Assembly: GCA_030697705.1 (NCBI GenBank) | Contig: JAUYPE010000012.1 | Coordinates: 1 to 59,206 of the forward strand | Direction of reading: 5' to 3' | Origin: a bacterium | GTDB taxonomy: Bacteria > Patescibacteriota > Minisyncoccia > Sungbacterales > HO2-52-23 | DNA length: 59,206 nucleotides | Shown: one piece after another, positions 45,245 through 55,122 of the stretch | Layout: each line of letters starts with the position of its first letter | How positions within the stretch are numbered: the stretch's first letter is position 1 | Translations under genes and position numbers: made by a program | Notes under the pieces: generated by a model | The model's database searches: none | What the model was told of the DNA's origin: nothing | Seen by the model: only the letters and a program-made list of their open reading frames with translations

Positions 45245-46411
45245 TCATTCCCTCCGAAGCTCCGCCATGTCGTGTTCGCTCGGCATGACCACGCCATGCA
45301 TGCCGATTTTCAAAATCTCGCGGGCGATGACCTCGGCGGCGTTAATGCGGGAGAATTTCTGCGCGCCCGTCGCCATGCGGTGCAGAAGGTCAGGGTTCGC
45401 CATCGCCTTCTTGATTTCGGACAGCATCAGATGAGGCGTAATATTCTCCTCCTCAATGACAATTGCTCCCCCGCTGCCAGCATACTCGTAGGCGTTTGCC
45501 CGCTGGTGGTCCTGTGCCGCGTCTTTTAGGGGAATAAGAATCGCCGGTCGTCCCCATGCGGCGATCTCAAAAATAGACCCGGCGCCTGCGCGTGAAATAA
45601 TCAGCGTGGCGATAAGATAAAAATCGCGCATCCCCTGCTCGTCAAGGAACCCGACCGCATGGTACCGCTCATGGTGCGCGGATTCAAGGATGACGCGTGC
45701 CTGCTCCTCCGTCTCTTCAAGACCCTTTGTGCCTGTTTGATGTACGACTTCAAACTCGTCAGTGAGTTCTTTTAAAACACCGAGCACGGTTTCGTTGATT
45801 TTTTGCGCGCCTTGCGAGCCGCCGATAATACCGATGACGGGCAACAGAGAAAAGACGCTAAAGTTTTCCCGCGCACCGGCAAGCGATCCTCCTAATATCC
45901 GTTTGCGAACGGGCACGCCGACAAGTGCGGTTTTCTCCGGCGGAAAGTAGTCGCTCGCACCAGCGAACGAGACGGCTATGCGGCGCGCGAATCGTCCGGC
46001 AAACGTGTTGACCCGACCCGGAACCGCATCCGATTCGTGAATGATAACGGGAATACCAAGTATGCGTGCGGCGACCATTGCGGGAAATGCATCATACCCT
46101 CCTTTGGAGAAGATGACATCCGGGAGGAGAAGAAATATGTTCCATGTCCCCCGCAGAACCCCCCCCATGGTGCGGAACGCATCAATAATATTCCACAGAG
46201 AAAAATACCGTCGCATCTTGCCGCTTGGTATGGCGATGGTGCGTACGCCCTCATCGCGGAGGAGTTGTGCCACGAGCGGCGCCGATCCCATATAGTAGAG
46301 TTCAAGATCAAGGATGCGCTCCTCCTCCGCAATGCGGCGTGTCTCCCGAATGACCGCAAGCACGGGGAAAAAATGTCCGCCCGTTCCTCCTCCGGTAAAA
46401 AGTATGCGCAT
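45245..46411 (-). CDS. murG: UDP-GlcNAc:undecaprenyl-PP-MurNAc-pentapeptide GlcNAc transferase
   Basis: MRILFTGGGTGGHFFP, GT28 family, in a dcw context. Confidence 0.93.
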   Translation of the reverse strand: MRILFTGGGTGGHFFPVLAVIRETRRIAEEERILDLELYYMGSAPLVAQLLRDEGVRTIAIPSGKMRRYFSLWNIIDAFRTMGGVLRGTWNIFLLLPDVIFSKGGYDAFPAMVAARILGIPVIIHESDAVPGRVNTFAGRFARRIAVSFAGASDYFPPEKTALVGVPVRKRILGGSLAGARENFSVFSLLPVIGIIGGSQGAQKINETVLGVLKELTDEFEVVHQTGTKGLEETEEQARVILESAHHERYHAVGFLDEQGMRDFYLIATLIISRAGAGSIFEIAAWGRPAILIPLKDAAQDHQRANAYEYAGSGGAIVIEEENITPHLMLSEIKKAMANPDLLHRMATGAQKFSRINAAEVIAREILKIGMHGVVMPSEHDMAELRRE

Positions 46412-46492
46412 AAAGAAAAATGATGCGAATTACGGACGATCGGTGAAGGTGGGAATAAAAACCGCGACCTTACAAGTATACCACCGCTTACG

Positions 46493-47590
46493 TCAGCGCG
46501 TGGCATATTTTGAGATATTCAGCAAAATACCGATACTGGCAAGCGTAATGATAAGCGAGGTGCTACCATAGCTCACAAATGGAAGAGGGATGCCGGTCAG
46601 CGGCAGAAGGCCGGAGATCGCCGCCATATTGATGAATGCTTGTACCATAATGCCGATGGAAATGCCGGCGGCAAGCAGTTTGCCAAAACCATCCGGTGCG
46701 CGTTCCGCGATGCGCATCCCCCGCCAAAACAGTATGCTGAACGCCACAATCAGGAGAAGCGCGCCAAGGAATCCCATCTCTTCGGCAAAAACGGCAAAAA
46801 TGGAGTCGCCGATCGGTTCGGGAAGATAATGATATTTTTGGATGCTCCTGCCAAATCCCAAGCCGAAAGAACCGCCGGAACCGATTGCGATAAACGCCTG
46901 ATTGATCTGGTAGCCGATTCCCTGCGGATCAAGATCGGAATTGAGAAAGACCAGAATACGATGCGCGCGATATGGCTCAAACTGGACAAGCATGAAGAAT
47001 ATCAGGGCGCCGAGCACGACGAGTATCGCCATTTGGGAGACCTTGCCTCCGCCGAGAAAGTAAAGCAGGCCCGCCGTTATGATAATGATACCAAGCGTTC
47101 CGATATCCGGTTGCATAATGAGAAAAATACCGATGACGCCGAGCATCACCACGAACGGAATCATACTGTACGCCACGCTCGCCAGTGCGCGCCGTCGCGC
47201 ATCAAGCCAGCTCGCAAGATACATAATGAACGAAAGTTTGAGCAGTTCCGAGGGCTGGAAAGTTAGCGCACCGAACGCAAGCCACCGGCGCGCGCCGCCA
47301 TAGGCATAACTTATCTTAGGAAAAAAAACGAGCATGAGCAACAAGAGAGAGACGAGTATCGCGGGCAATGCGACACGGCGCCACACGCGATAGGGAATGT
47401 ATTGGCATACGAAGAGCGCGCCGACTCCTCCCAGTCCGCCGAAGAGCAGTTGGTGCACGGTGTAGTGCCCGAGGGAGCCGAAGTTTTTTTGCGAAATGAC
47501 CATGGATGCCGAGGCGAGAATGAGCATGCCTCCGATGAAGAGGGTGAGGGTAATCCATAAGAGTTTCCGATCAAGCGCATGCGGTTTCAT
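46493..47590 (-). CDS. ftsW: SEDS-family peptidoglycan glycosyltransferase (FtsW/RodA)
   Basis: 365 aa polytopic protein with the SEDS pattern (GYQINQAFIAIGSGG, PFVSYGSTS), between murD and murG. Confidence 0.9.
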   Translation of the reverse strand: MKPHALDRKLLWITLTLFIGGMLILASASMVISQKNFGSLGHYTVHQLLFGGLGGVGALFVCQYIPYRVWRRVALPAILVSLLLLMLVFFPKISYAYGGARRWLAFGALTFQPSELLKLSFIMYLASWLDARRRALASVAYSMIPFVVMLGVIGIFLIMQPDIGTLGIIIITAGLLYFLGGGKVSQMAILVVLGALIFFMLVQFEPYRAHRILVFLNSDLDPQGIGYQINQAFIAIGSGGSFGLGFGRSIQKYHYLPEPIGDSIFAVFAEEMGFLGALLLIVAFSILFWRGMRIAERAPDGFGKLLAAGISIGIMVQAFINMAAISGLLPLTGIPLPFVSYGSTSLIITLASIGILLNISKYATR

Positions 47591-48975
47591 AAAGAAGCGA
47601 AGGGAACGCGCCTAGTTTTTTTTAATTTTTCTACGGCCTCTGCAAACATGTCGCCGCGATTAAATTCATTCGTGAAAAGTCCGAAACTTGTCGCACCCGG
47701 ACTTAAAATAATCCAGTCTCCCGCACGCCGTCCCCGCCACGCCTCGTCTATCGCGTCGGTCATGGTCTTTGCGTCGTGAATCTCCCGAAGGCGGGTATGG
47801 TCTTTTTTCTTTGCCAACATCATGCGGATGCTATCGGTCGCCGTTCCGGGCAGGAGGATAAGTACATCAACATATTCCGCAACGACACGGACAAATTCGG
47901 TAAAATCAAGCTTTTTGTCCTGCCCGCCAGCGATGAGTACCAGCGCATGCTCTCTCGCACGCGGTCGAAATCGCCGTAGTGCCGCAATGGTCGCATCGGG
48001 CACGGTCGCGGTCGTGTCATTAACGAACGAAACGCCGCCAATGCTCGCAATAATCTCCTGGCGCGCCGGCAAACCGCGGAATGAGGCGAGTACCCGTTCA
48101 ATTACGCCGAAGGGAATACGCTCGTGGCGCGCCACGGCAATGGCAAGCCCGACCGCTGCGCGGTAGTGTTCGCCAAGTCGGTTATCAATAAGCGGCAGAA
48201 ATTTTTTTGGCGCAGCCGGCGCCTCAACATGCGCACAGGTCTTCTCCGCCATGTGCCGCAGTGCAGTATCATTGGGGTTAATGTAGAGATAATCGTCCTT
48301 TTTTTGAAATGCGAAAATGACCTCCTTGGCGTGTTGGTATGCAGCCATCGTCGGATGCCAGTTGAGATGATCGCGCAGGATATTCGTCATGACGGCAATG
48401 TGCGGACTGCGCCGCTCGCTCCGCAAATCCTCCAACTGGAAACTAGAGAGTTCTAAGACGACCGTATCGCCTCGCCGCAGGGACTCGGCAAATTCCAGCA
48501 CCGAGCGCCGGATATTGCCGCCCAGGTACACGCGGCGTTTTTTGGTGCGCAGGAATTTCCAGATGAGCCATGCGGTTGTGGATTTGCCGCGCGTGCCCGT
48601 CACGCCGATGATGCGAGCCGGACAGATGCGGAAAAAAATACCTAGATCGGTGGTAACGGAAATACCGGCGGCGCGTGCGGCGGCAAGATACGGCGAGTCG
48701 GGGCGTACTCCGGGATTTTTGAGAATGAGGTCGGTATCAGTAAAATCTTTTTCACGATGCTCGCCCAAAACATACGCGACGGTAGGGCAAGAAGCAAGTG
48801 TGGTAAGTGAGGGTTGAAGAACGACGCGCGTCCGCAGATCCGTTACCGTCACCAGTGCCCCATGGCGTACCAGAAACTTCACCGTCCCTACCCCGCCGCC
48901 GTGCAGTCCAAGTCCCATGACAAGCACCCGTTTACCGTGAAAATCAATTGGAGTATCTGGTGTGGTTTTTTTCAT
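47587..48975 (-). CDS. murD: UDP-N-acetylmuramoylalanine--D-glutamate ligase
   Basis: GLGLHGGG Rossmann N-domain, P-loop GTRGKSTT and the Mur ligase C-domain. Confidence 0.93.
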   Translation of the reverse strand: MKKTTPDTPIDFHGKRVLVMGLGLHGGGVGTVKFLVRHGALVTVTDLRTRVVLQPSLTTLASCPTVAYVLGEHREKDFTDTDLILKNPGVRPDSPYLAAARAAGISVTTDLGIFFRICPARIIGVTGTRGKSTTAWLIWKFLRTKKRRVYLGGNIRRSVLEFAESLRRGDTVVLELSSFQLEDLRSERRSPHIAVMTNILRDHLNWHPTMAAYQHAKEVIFAFQKKDDYLYINPNDTALRHMAEKTCAHVEAPAAPKKFLPLIDNRLGEHYRAAVGLAIAVARHERIPFGVIERVLASFRGLPARQEIIASIGGVSFVNDTTATVPDATIAALRRFRPRAREHALVLIAGGQDKKLDFTEFVRVVAEYVDVLILLPGTATDSIRMMLAKKKDHTRLREIHDAKTMTDAIDEAWRGRRAGDWIILSPGATSFGLFTNEFNRGDMFAEAVEKLKKTRRVPFASL

Positions 48976-48984
48976 AAATATCTC

Positions 48985-49149
48985 AGAAACTGTCTAAAAA
49001 CTCTTCTTCGTTACGAAAGTGCAGAATTTTGAGCGAGCCAAGGAAAGACGACGCAGGCGTATAGAGGTACTATACGTCAAGGAGGACTGACGAAGGCGGA
49101 GCCGAAATCCTGCGCTTGCAGTAGGAGAGGGCGTTTTTAGACAGTTTCT
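48985..49149. repeat. 165 bp hairpin element bounded by a perfect 17 bp inverted repeat
   Basis: AGAAACTGTCTAAAAAC (48985..49001) and GTTTTTAGACAGTTTCT (49133..49149). The interior has further complementary segments (CGTATA/TATACG; GTGCAGAATTTT vs GAAATCCTGCGC with wobbles). Confidence 0.85.
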
Positions 49150-49232
49150 TATACATTCCGTCAAACACCTCAAATACACCGCCCTGAGCCCGCAGGAGGA
49201 GTATTTTTGTGCCATCCGTGCTACTCTTGTTC

Positions 49233-50807
49233 TTAACCTCGCCGAAGCGGCACGCCTGCGCGGGCACTCATATGCCTCCCCTCTCCGACCGCAACTCTGC
49301 CGTTGATAATCACCCACGAAAGCCCTGCGGGATAGTGAAAGGGTGAACGGTAGGTCGCGCGGTCACGGAAAAGTTTTTTATCAAAAACGACCACATCAGC
49401 TTTCGCGCCCTTCCCGATGCGTCCGCGATTGGCGATTCCCAGCTTCTGTGCGGGAAAAGTAGTCATCTTGCGGATGGCATTGGCGGGGGTTAGTTTTTTA
49501 CTGTCGGTGACAAAACTATGCCAAAAGTGTGGGAATGCGCCGAACGAGCGCGGATGGACGAGATTACCCACCTTCTCATCTTCTTGGGTGTAGGATTCAC
49601 CATCGGAGGTGATAATGGAGCGCGGATCCATAATCGCTCGCACCGCGTTCTTTTTTGAAACGGTGCGACCAATAATACTTACTCTTCCCGCGTTGCTTCT
49701 CACGATAGAGAGAAGCGTTTCCGCCGGCTCCAGACCCGTCTCGCGCGCGATACGGATGATGGTTTTGCCTATAATATTGGGTATGATTCCGGAGGTAATG
49801 AAAATCCGATCATAGTGGAGGGTGAGCATCTGCAGTTCCGTGAGAATTTTTTGCCGCTCGTCGGGTGCATCAAGCCGGCGAAAAAGCTCAGGAAATCCTC
49901 CCTGGCGCGCCCACGCTGGGATAAGCAGATAGAGAAGCGATCCGGTCGTCGCATAAGGTGAGATATCAAAATGAATCGGCACACCCGACTCTTGCGCCCG
50001 CGTAATGACCTCAACCGCCTGGTCAATTTGCCCCCATGATTTTTTCCCGATCGCCTTCAGGTGGCTGATCTGGACGGAGACCTCCGTCTCGCGGCTGATG
50101 CGTATTGCCTCGTTTATGGCGCTGAACATCTCTCGTCCCTCTGATCGGAGATGAATTTTTACCACGCCGCCCGTCTCCCGCAAGACGCGCACGATATCAA
50201 TAATCTCTTCCGTATCGGAGACGCGCTCATGACCATAAGCAAGACCAAGCGAGAGACCGAACGCGCCTGCCCGTATACTCTCGGCAAGAAGATTCCGCGC
50301 GACTTCGCGCTCTTCAGGATTGAACAAGCGGATTTCGTTTCCTATGATTCCCCGCCGGAGTGTACCGTAGCCGACGAGGGTGCCGAAGTTCACACCCGGA
50401 CGCACGCGCTCCATCTCCTCCAAAAACTCCGCCATCGTGGTCCAGTTCGTGTTAATTTTTGAGGTATCCGCCCACTTGTCAATTGCGTGAATCGCCGTAT
50501 GTGAGGCGAGTGGTGCGAGTGATGCGCCGCAGTTTCCTCCGATGATCGTCGTCACGCCCTGCATGACCATACTCTCCAGATTCGGCGACAAAAAGAGCGC
50601 AAGATGTGTGTCGGAATGATTGGTAATGTCAATAAATCCCGGTGTGACATAGCACCCATCCGCGTTAATCGTCGTCTTCGCCCCGTCCCGTTCAAGTACG
50701 CCAATATCCTGAATCGTATCACCCGTAATGCCAACATCCGCGATGACCGGCTCACCGCCGCTCCCGTCAAGCACCGTCCCTCCTTTTATGAGTATATCGT
50801 ATGCCAT
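49233..50807 (-). CDS. amidohydrolase-superfamily N-acyl-D-amino-acid deacylase-like protein
   Basis: ORF 49233..50903 trimmed to MAYDILIKGGTVLDGSGG. The D-aminoacylase-like layout has an N-terminal beta-sandwich followed by GFIDITNHSDTH, and a C-terminal ADVVVFD segment. Confidence 0.8.
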   Translation of the reverse strand: MAYDILIKGGTVLDGSGGEPVIADVGITGDTIQDIGVLERDGAKTTINADGCYVTPGFIDITNHSDTHLALFLSPNLESMVMQGVTTIIGGNCGASLAPLASHTAIHAIDKWADTSKINTNWTTMAEFLEEMERVRPGVNFGTLVGYGTLRRGIIGNEIRLFNPEEREVARNLLAESIRAGAFGLSLGLAYGHERVSDTEEIIDIVRVLRETGGVVKIHLRSEGREMFSAINEAIRISRETEVSVQISHLKAIGKKSWGQIDQAVEVITRAQESGVPIHFDISPYATTGSLLYLLIPAWARQGGFPELFRRLDAPDERQKILTELQMLTLHYDRIFITSGIIPNIIGKTIIRIARETGLEPAETLLSIVRSNAGRVSIIGRTVSKKNAVRAIMDPRSIITSDGESYTQEDEKVGNLVHPRSFGAFPHFWHSFVTDSKKLTPANAIRKMTTFPAQKLGIANRGRIGKGAKADVVVFDKKLFRDRATYRSPFHYPAGLSWVIINGRVAVGEGRHMSARAGVPLRRG

Positions 50808-50913
50808 GTACTTGCCAGTATACCGCCCGCCTGCGCATTTTGCAAAAAAAGAACCCCGGCTTAAAAGTCGGGGCTTAATAATGGATGAGTACGAAACCAA
50901 CACCTCTCAAACT

Positions 50914-51288
50914 TCATGCCTCTCGCATGATAAACTTGGGAAGATTGTGTCTTGTGCATGTCATATCACACTTATGCCACGGATAACCAGAAAAATGCTG
51001 AAAAACTTTTCCAAACTCACTCAAGCGCGCATCATCACACTCTCCTGTCCAATACTCCACCACAAAGTTTGGCTGGTCGGGATAGCGTTCTTCACTGATA
51101 GCCAAAGGGACATCAACAATCTTTTTTGCTTCCCAGAAAAAGGGCTCTAGGGTTGCGTTCAGTAATGCGAAAAGATGGGGGAATGGACCAGTATCACACT
51201 TCAGTAGTCGGTGCTCATCCTCAAGTTGCTGCCACCGCTCTTCCCATGTCTTAGGACGCTTTCTAAGGAACTTCATCAAGTCTTTCAT
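50914..51288 (-). CDS. hypothetical protein (124 aa)
   Basis: No family recognised. GC is lower than in its neighbours, and it lies between mraY and the deacylase gene. Confidence 0.5.
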   Translation of the reverse strand: MKDLMKFLRKRPKTWEERWQQLEDEHRLLKCDTGPFPHLFALLNATLEPFFWEAKKIVDVPLAISEERYPDQPNFVVEYWTGECDDARLSEFGKVFQHFSGYPWHKCDMTCTRHNLPKFIMREA

Positions 51289-51358
51289 CTACCTGTCTCC
51301 TCTATCATTATAGAACTTAGGACCGTAAGATGTATGGTGCGCCATAAAACAACTCTTG

Positions 51359-52465
51359 TCAACGACCAATCAGAGCCACTACCATCCCGACAACAGCGGT
51401 GACGGCACCGATGACCCAGAAGCGCATTGTTACTTTTTCGGGAGCCCATCCTTTTGCTTCAAAATGATGATGAATAGGCGCGATAAGAAATACCTTCTTG
51501 CCGCGGTAGCGCTTGGACATAAACTGTATAATATCCGAGGCAACCTCAATCATTAGGATAAAACCTATGATGGGAAGCGCGATGACTGAATCGGTGAGAA
51601 AGGCGATGACGGTGAGTGAGGTGGTGAGTCCGAGCATGCCCGATTCGCCCATGTAAAACCGCGCCGGCGGAATGTTGAACCACAAAAAACCGAGCAGGGC
51701 ACCGATAATAACAGCGGCAAAGGCGGCGATATTAATCTGCCCGCGGAAAAAAGCGATACCCGCGTAGGCGCCGAAGATGGAGGCGAATACTCCTCCCGAC
51801 AAGCCGTCAATACCATCCACGATACTGGATGAGAACAAGAGGATCATTACCGCAACGAAGAGCGGGATGTACCAAAAGCCGATGAAGATGTCGCCAAGAC
51901 CAGAGATGTAAATCGTCCGCCAGCCGAGCTTTGTGTAAAACCACCACGCGCCGGCAAGCGCAATGAGAAAGATGGCAAACAGCCGATGGCGAAACTTAAT
52001 GCCGCCGGATCCTTTTTTGCTGTCGTTTTTTCTCCATACCTGGGTAAGATCGTCACCGAGTCCCAAAAACGATGCGGCAAGAAGTGTGACGAACGGAAGC
52101 CATGTCTGATCGCGCGAGAGAAAATTCGCCTTGTCCCAAAACGAGCTGTCGCTCAAACGGGAGATGAGCCATAGTCCGAACGCGAGAATGCCCGTTGTCA
52201 GCCAAATCAAAGCGCCGCCGAGGCGCGGCACCTTCGTCTCGCGATTTTTGTGCAGTGCGGCAAACAGCGGTGTCGCACTGCCGTCGGGCGATGAGGTGCG
52301 GACATCTTTGCGCCAGAGTTCATACCGGTACATCAGGCGCGAAAGAAACGGCGTCATAGCCATCGTTATGATAAACGACACAGCGAAAAGGCCGAACACT
52401 TTGATGACATTGACCAGATTCCCAAATTCCGGCACGACTGTTGTTGTTGCCTCGGTAAGATGCAT
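51359..52465 (-). CDS. mraY: phospho-N-acetylmuramoyl-pentapeptide transferase
   Basis: 368 aa polytopic protein with the MraY pattern (GLGDDL, VDGIDGLSGG, PIHHHFE). Confidence 0.95.
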   Translation of the reverse strand: MHLTEATTTVVPEFGNLVNVIKVFGLFAVSFIITMAMTPFLSRLMYRYELWRKDVRTSSPDGSATPLFAALHKNRETKVPRLGGALIWLTTGILAFGLWLISRLSDSSFWDKANFLSRDQTWLPFVTLLAASFLGLGDDLTQVWRKNDSKKGSGGIKFRHRLFAIFLIALAGAWWFYTKLGWRTIYISGLGDIFIGFWYIPLFVAVMILLFSSSIVDGIDGLSGGVFASIFGAYAGIAFFRGQINIAAFAAVIIGALLGFLWFNIPPARFYMGESGMLGLTTSLTVIAFLTDSVIALPIIGFILMIEVASDIIQFMSKRYRGKKVFLIAPIHHHFEAKGWAPEKVTMRFWVIGAVTAVVGMVVALIGR

Positions 52466-52471
52466 ATTTTT

Positions 52472-53410
52472 TTAAAACGCTTCGTCCAGCCAGTGCAGAA
52501 GTTTACGACCGTCGCCGAAACGGTCGTCAGAGCCGAGAATCACGATGATCGCCGTACGGTCGGGTCGCACGGGATACAGGAGCACTAACGTTCCCTTGGC
52601 GCGGTCGGTCATACCCGTCTTGCTTCCGAGAATCGCAGGGAATTCCGCGAGCAACTCATCCGTATTCTGAATGAGATATCGTTTTCCCGCAAGCGAGTAT
52701 GCTGCCGTTTCGGGCGTGCGCGAGATTTCAAACAAACTCGGGTGGTTCTGCCATATGTACTCCGCCACGCGCGCAAGATCCGCCGCACTCATAGCGTGAC
52801 GATCTTCATCAAGTCCGGTCGGATTTTCAAAGTGAGAGTTTTGCAAACCTATCTCCGTGGCTTTCTCGTTCATGCGATTGGCAAAAAGCGATAGTGCGTC
52901 AGTGAAAATATGCGCGCCAAGCTTCCGTCCAACCGCCGCCGCCGCCGCCATAGCCGCATCATTGGCGGAGGAGATGAGTGCGAAACGGAGCATGTCGTCC
53001 CGCCCGAACGCCTCCCCCGCCGGCACGACCGTCGTCTTCTCGGGTACGCGCTTGTCATCGGCGGAAAATGCTATCGCGTCGTTGGGTCGTAACGCTTCGC
53101 GCGTAAGAATTGCGGTCATAAGCTTCGTCAAGCTTGCGGGTGGAAGCGAGGTATGTATTTGTTTGCCGGCAAGCGGGCGCCCGTCTCCCGCAAAGCGCAC
53201 GATGTATGCCGCCCCGTTCAGCACGGGGGGCGGTGTGCGCGGTTGGGGAAGAGACGCAAGGAGCGGAGCGTTTGCCGTTTTGAGCGGAGCGGATGACGGA
53301 GATCCACCACGAAAAAGCGCGACTCCGACGAGTGTCGTAATAAAAAACAGCGCACCACCGAACAGCATAATATATTTTTTCTCAAAGGGTGGCATAAGGT
53401 TGATCGTCAT
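52472..53410 (-). CDS. D-alanyl-D-alanine carboxypeptidase (S11, PBP5-like)
   Basis: SxxK (SLTKLM), SxN (SSANDA) and KTG (KTGMT) motifs, with an N-terminal TM. Confidence 0.88.
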   Translation of the reverse strand: MTINLMPPFEKKYIMLFGGALFFITTLVGVALFRGGSPSSAPLKTANAPLLASLPQPRTPPPVLNGAAYIVRFAGDGRPLAGKQIHTSLPPASLTKLMTAILTREALRPNDAIAFSADDKRVPEKTTVVPAGEAFGRDDMLRFALISSANDAAMAAAAAVGRKLGAHIFTDALSLFANRMNEKATEIGLQNSHFENPTGLDEDRHAMSAADLARVAEYIWQNHPSLFEISRTPETAAYSLAGKRYLIQNTDELLAEFPAILGSKTGMTDRAKGTLVLLYPVRPDRTAIIVILGSDDRFGDGRKLLHWLDEAF

Positions 53411-53424
53411 TCCTATCCTTGCTT

Positions 53425-53563
53425 GTCATTCCCGCGAACGCGGGAATCCATGTTTTTTCCGTCATGCCGAGTCCCGACGAGTCGGGACGAGAAATCCCGT
53501 GAAGATTCAGTATACATGAAATCATGTAGGATTCCTCTCCCGATAAGTCAAAGTCGGGACGGC
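53425..53563. repeat. composite repeat: a 25 bp GTCATTCCCGCGAACGCGGGAATCC hairpin plus palindromic element copy E (divergent)
   Basis: Copy E (53461..53563) reads GTCATGCCGAGTCCCGACGAGTCGGGACGAGAAATCCCGTGAAGATTCAGTATACATGAAATCATGTAGGATTCCTCTCC.... The whole dac-scpB gap is repeat-derived. Confidence 0.75.
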
Positions 53564-53589
53564 GAGAAGGCATTTCCTTGCGGGCAATC

Positions 53590-54174
53590 TTACGACACCT
53601 CCCGCTCCGCGCCCGCCGCCGCGGCAACGGCCGCCAACACCTCTCCCGCATCCGCGCGCAGTGCAGAAAATCCCGGCAATTCTTCCAAAGAGCCAAGACC
53701 GATATGCGCGAGAAAGTCGGTTGTCACGCGGTAGCGGTGTGCCATCTCTCCGCGGCTCTCTCCCGTCCGCTCAATAAGACCGCGCAGGAGAAGATTGCGC
53801 AGGATAGACGAGGACTGTACACCGCGCACCTCCTCAACCTCCGTACGGGTCAGTGGTCCGCGATAGGCGATAAGCGCCAGCGTTTCAAGTGAAGCTCGTG
53901 ACAGCTCCTCGGAAAATTCTTTTCGTCCTACCACCCCCACTTGTTCCGCATACTCCCCGCTCGTGCCAAGAGCGCATCCGCCTTGGTGCTGTATCACCGT
54001 GAGTCCTCTTCTCCCCTCGCGGTACTCCTGTGCCAGCAGATGCACGCCTGTCGCCGCTTCGTCCGCTGTCATGCCGGCAAGCTCGCCCAGGCACGCAAAT
54101 GAAATCTCCCCCCCATGTGCGAAGAGTAACGCCTCAAGAAGAGCGGTACTGTTTTTTTCTTGGGATTCATTCAT
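53590..54174 (-). CDS. scpB: segregation and condensation protein B
   Basis: 194 aa with the LLEALLFAHGGEISFACL N-terminus and tandem winged-helix pattern, downstream of scpA. Confidence 0.88.
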   Translation of the reverse strand: MNESQEKNSTALLEALLFAHGGEISFACLGELAGMTADEAATGVHLLAQEYREGRRGLTVIQHQGGCALGTSGEYAEQVGVVGRKEFSEELSRASLETLALIAYRGPLTRTEVEEVRGVQSSSILRNLLLRGLIERTGESRGEMAHRYRVTTDFLAHIGLGSLEELPGFSALRADAGEVLAAVAAAAGAEREVS

Positions 54175-54208
54175 AAAAGCATAGTTTTAGGACTGACGCG
54201 TTTGGACT

Positions 54209-54318
54209 GTCATCCAGAGCCGAAGGCGAAGGATCCCGTTAGATTTCAGTATACTGAATGTTCACAGGATTCCTCCCTCACGGAATGCCTGCTGGCAGTC
54301 GCCCATGATTGCAATGAC
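54209..54318. repeat. palindromic repeat element, copy F
   Basis: GTCATCCAGAGCCGAAGGCGAAGGATCCCGTTAGATTTCAGTATACTGAATGTTCACAGGATTCCTCCCTCACGGAATGCCTGCTGGCAGTCGCCCATGATTGCAATGAC, between scpA and scpB. Confidence 0.85.
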
Positions 54319-54330
54319 CATTTTCATTTA

Positions 54331-55050
54331 TTACGACCCGCCGCGCCGTCGTAGGGTAATATCCTTAAACGGCTCATCCTGTCGCACATCCAAAAACTCC
54401 GTGCGTACCAGCTCCAAGACGCCAAGAAAACTCACGATCAACTCCCTTCGTTCGCGCACGCCCGCCGGCAAAAGCTGTGAGAATAGCCGCTCACTCGCAC
54501 TTCCCAGAACGGAACGAATCTCTTTAATTCGTTCTTCCAGTGAGACAAGGCGTCCGATTTTTTCTTCACGGAGGCGTTCAGGTTTGGGAACGGCGGCAAG
54601 TAATGCGGCACACGCCTCTTGCAATATCGGCGGTGTTACCCTCACCGACGGAGGACAAAAAAACGGCTCAACCGAGGCGTATACTTCGCGCAGGAAGATT
54701 CTTCTCCCCGCATGAGCGACGGTCTTCAATTCTTCCGCTAGCATACGGAGGTGTTGGTATTCCCGCAGGCGTCTTTCCAGCTCCCCCGCTGATTCTTCAT
54801 GTTCGTCCTGTTCCGTTGCACCACTGGGAAGAAGCGCACGCGACTTGATGAGCATGAGTTCCGCCGCAACGACCGCAAACTCCGTAAGCTCTTCCGGATC
54901 CTGTCGCTCCATTGCCCGAATATGCGCGATGAAGTCGTCCGCTACGCGTGCAAGCGATATCTCCGTTATGTTCAATCGTTCCCGCAGGGTGAGGTTGAGT
55001 AAGGTCGCCATCGGTCCCTCAAATTGTTCATAGTGTACGGCAAAAATCAC
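54331..55050 (-). CDS. scpA: segregation and condensation protein A
   Basis: 239 aa kleisin-like protein (FEGPMATLLNL...LNITEISLARVADDF). Confidence 0.88.
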   Translation of the reverse strand: MIFAVHYEQFEGPMATLLNLTLRERLNITEISLARVADDFIAHIRAMERQDPEELTEFAVVAAELMLIKSRALLPSGATEQDEHEESAGELERRLREYQHLRMLAEELKTVAHAGRRIFLREVYASVEPFFCPPSVRVTPPILQEACAALLAAVPKPERLREEKIGRLVSLEERIKEIRSVLGSASERLFSQLLPAGVRERRELIVSFLGVLELVRTEFLDVRQDEPFKDITLRRRGGS

Positions 55051-55122
55051 TTCCTCACTGTAACAAAAAAAGAAACTCGTAGCAATGTGACATTGTCTAC
55101 GAGTTTGTGAGCCGGCGCGTTT

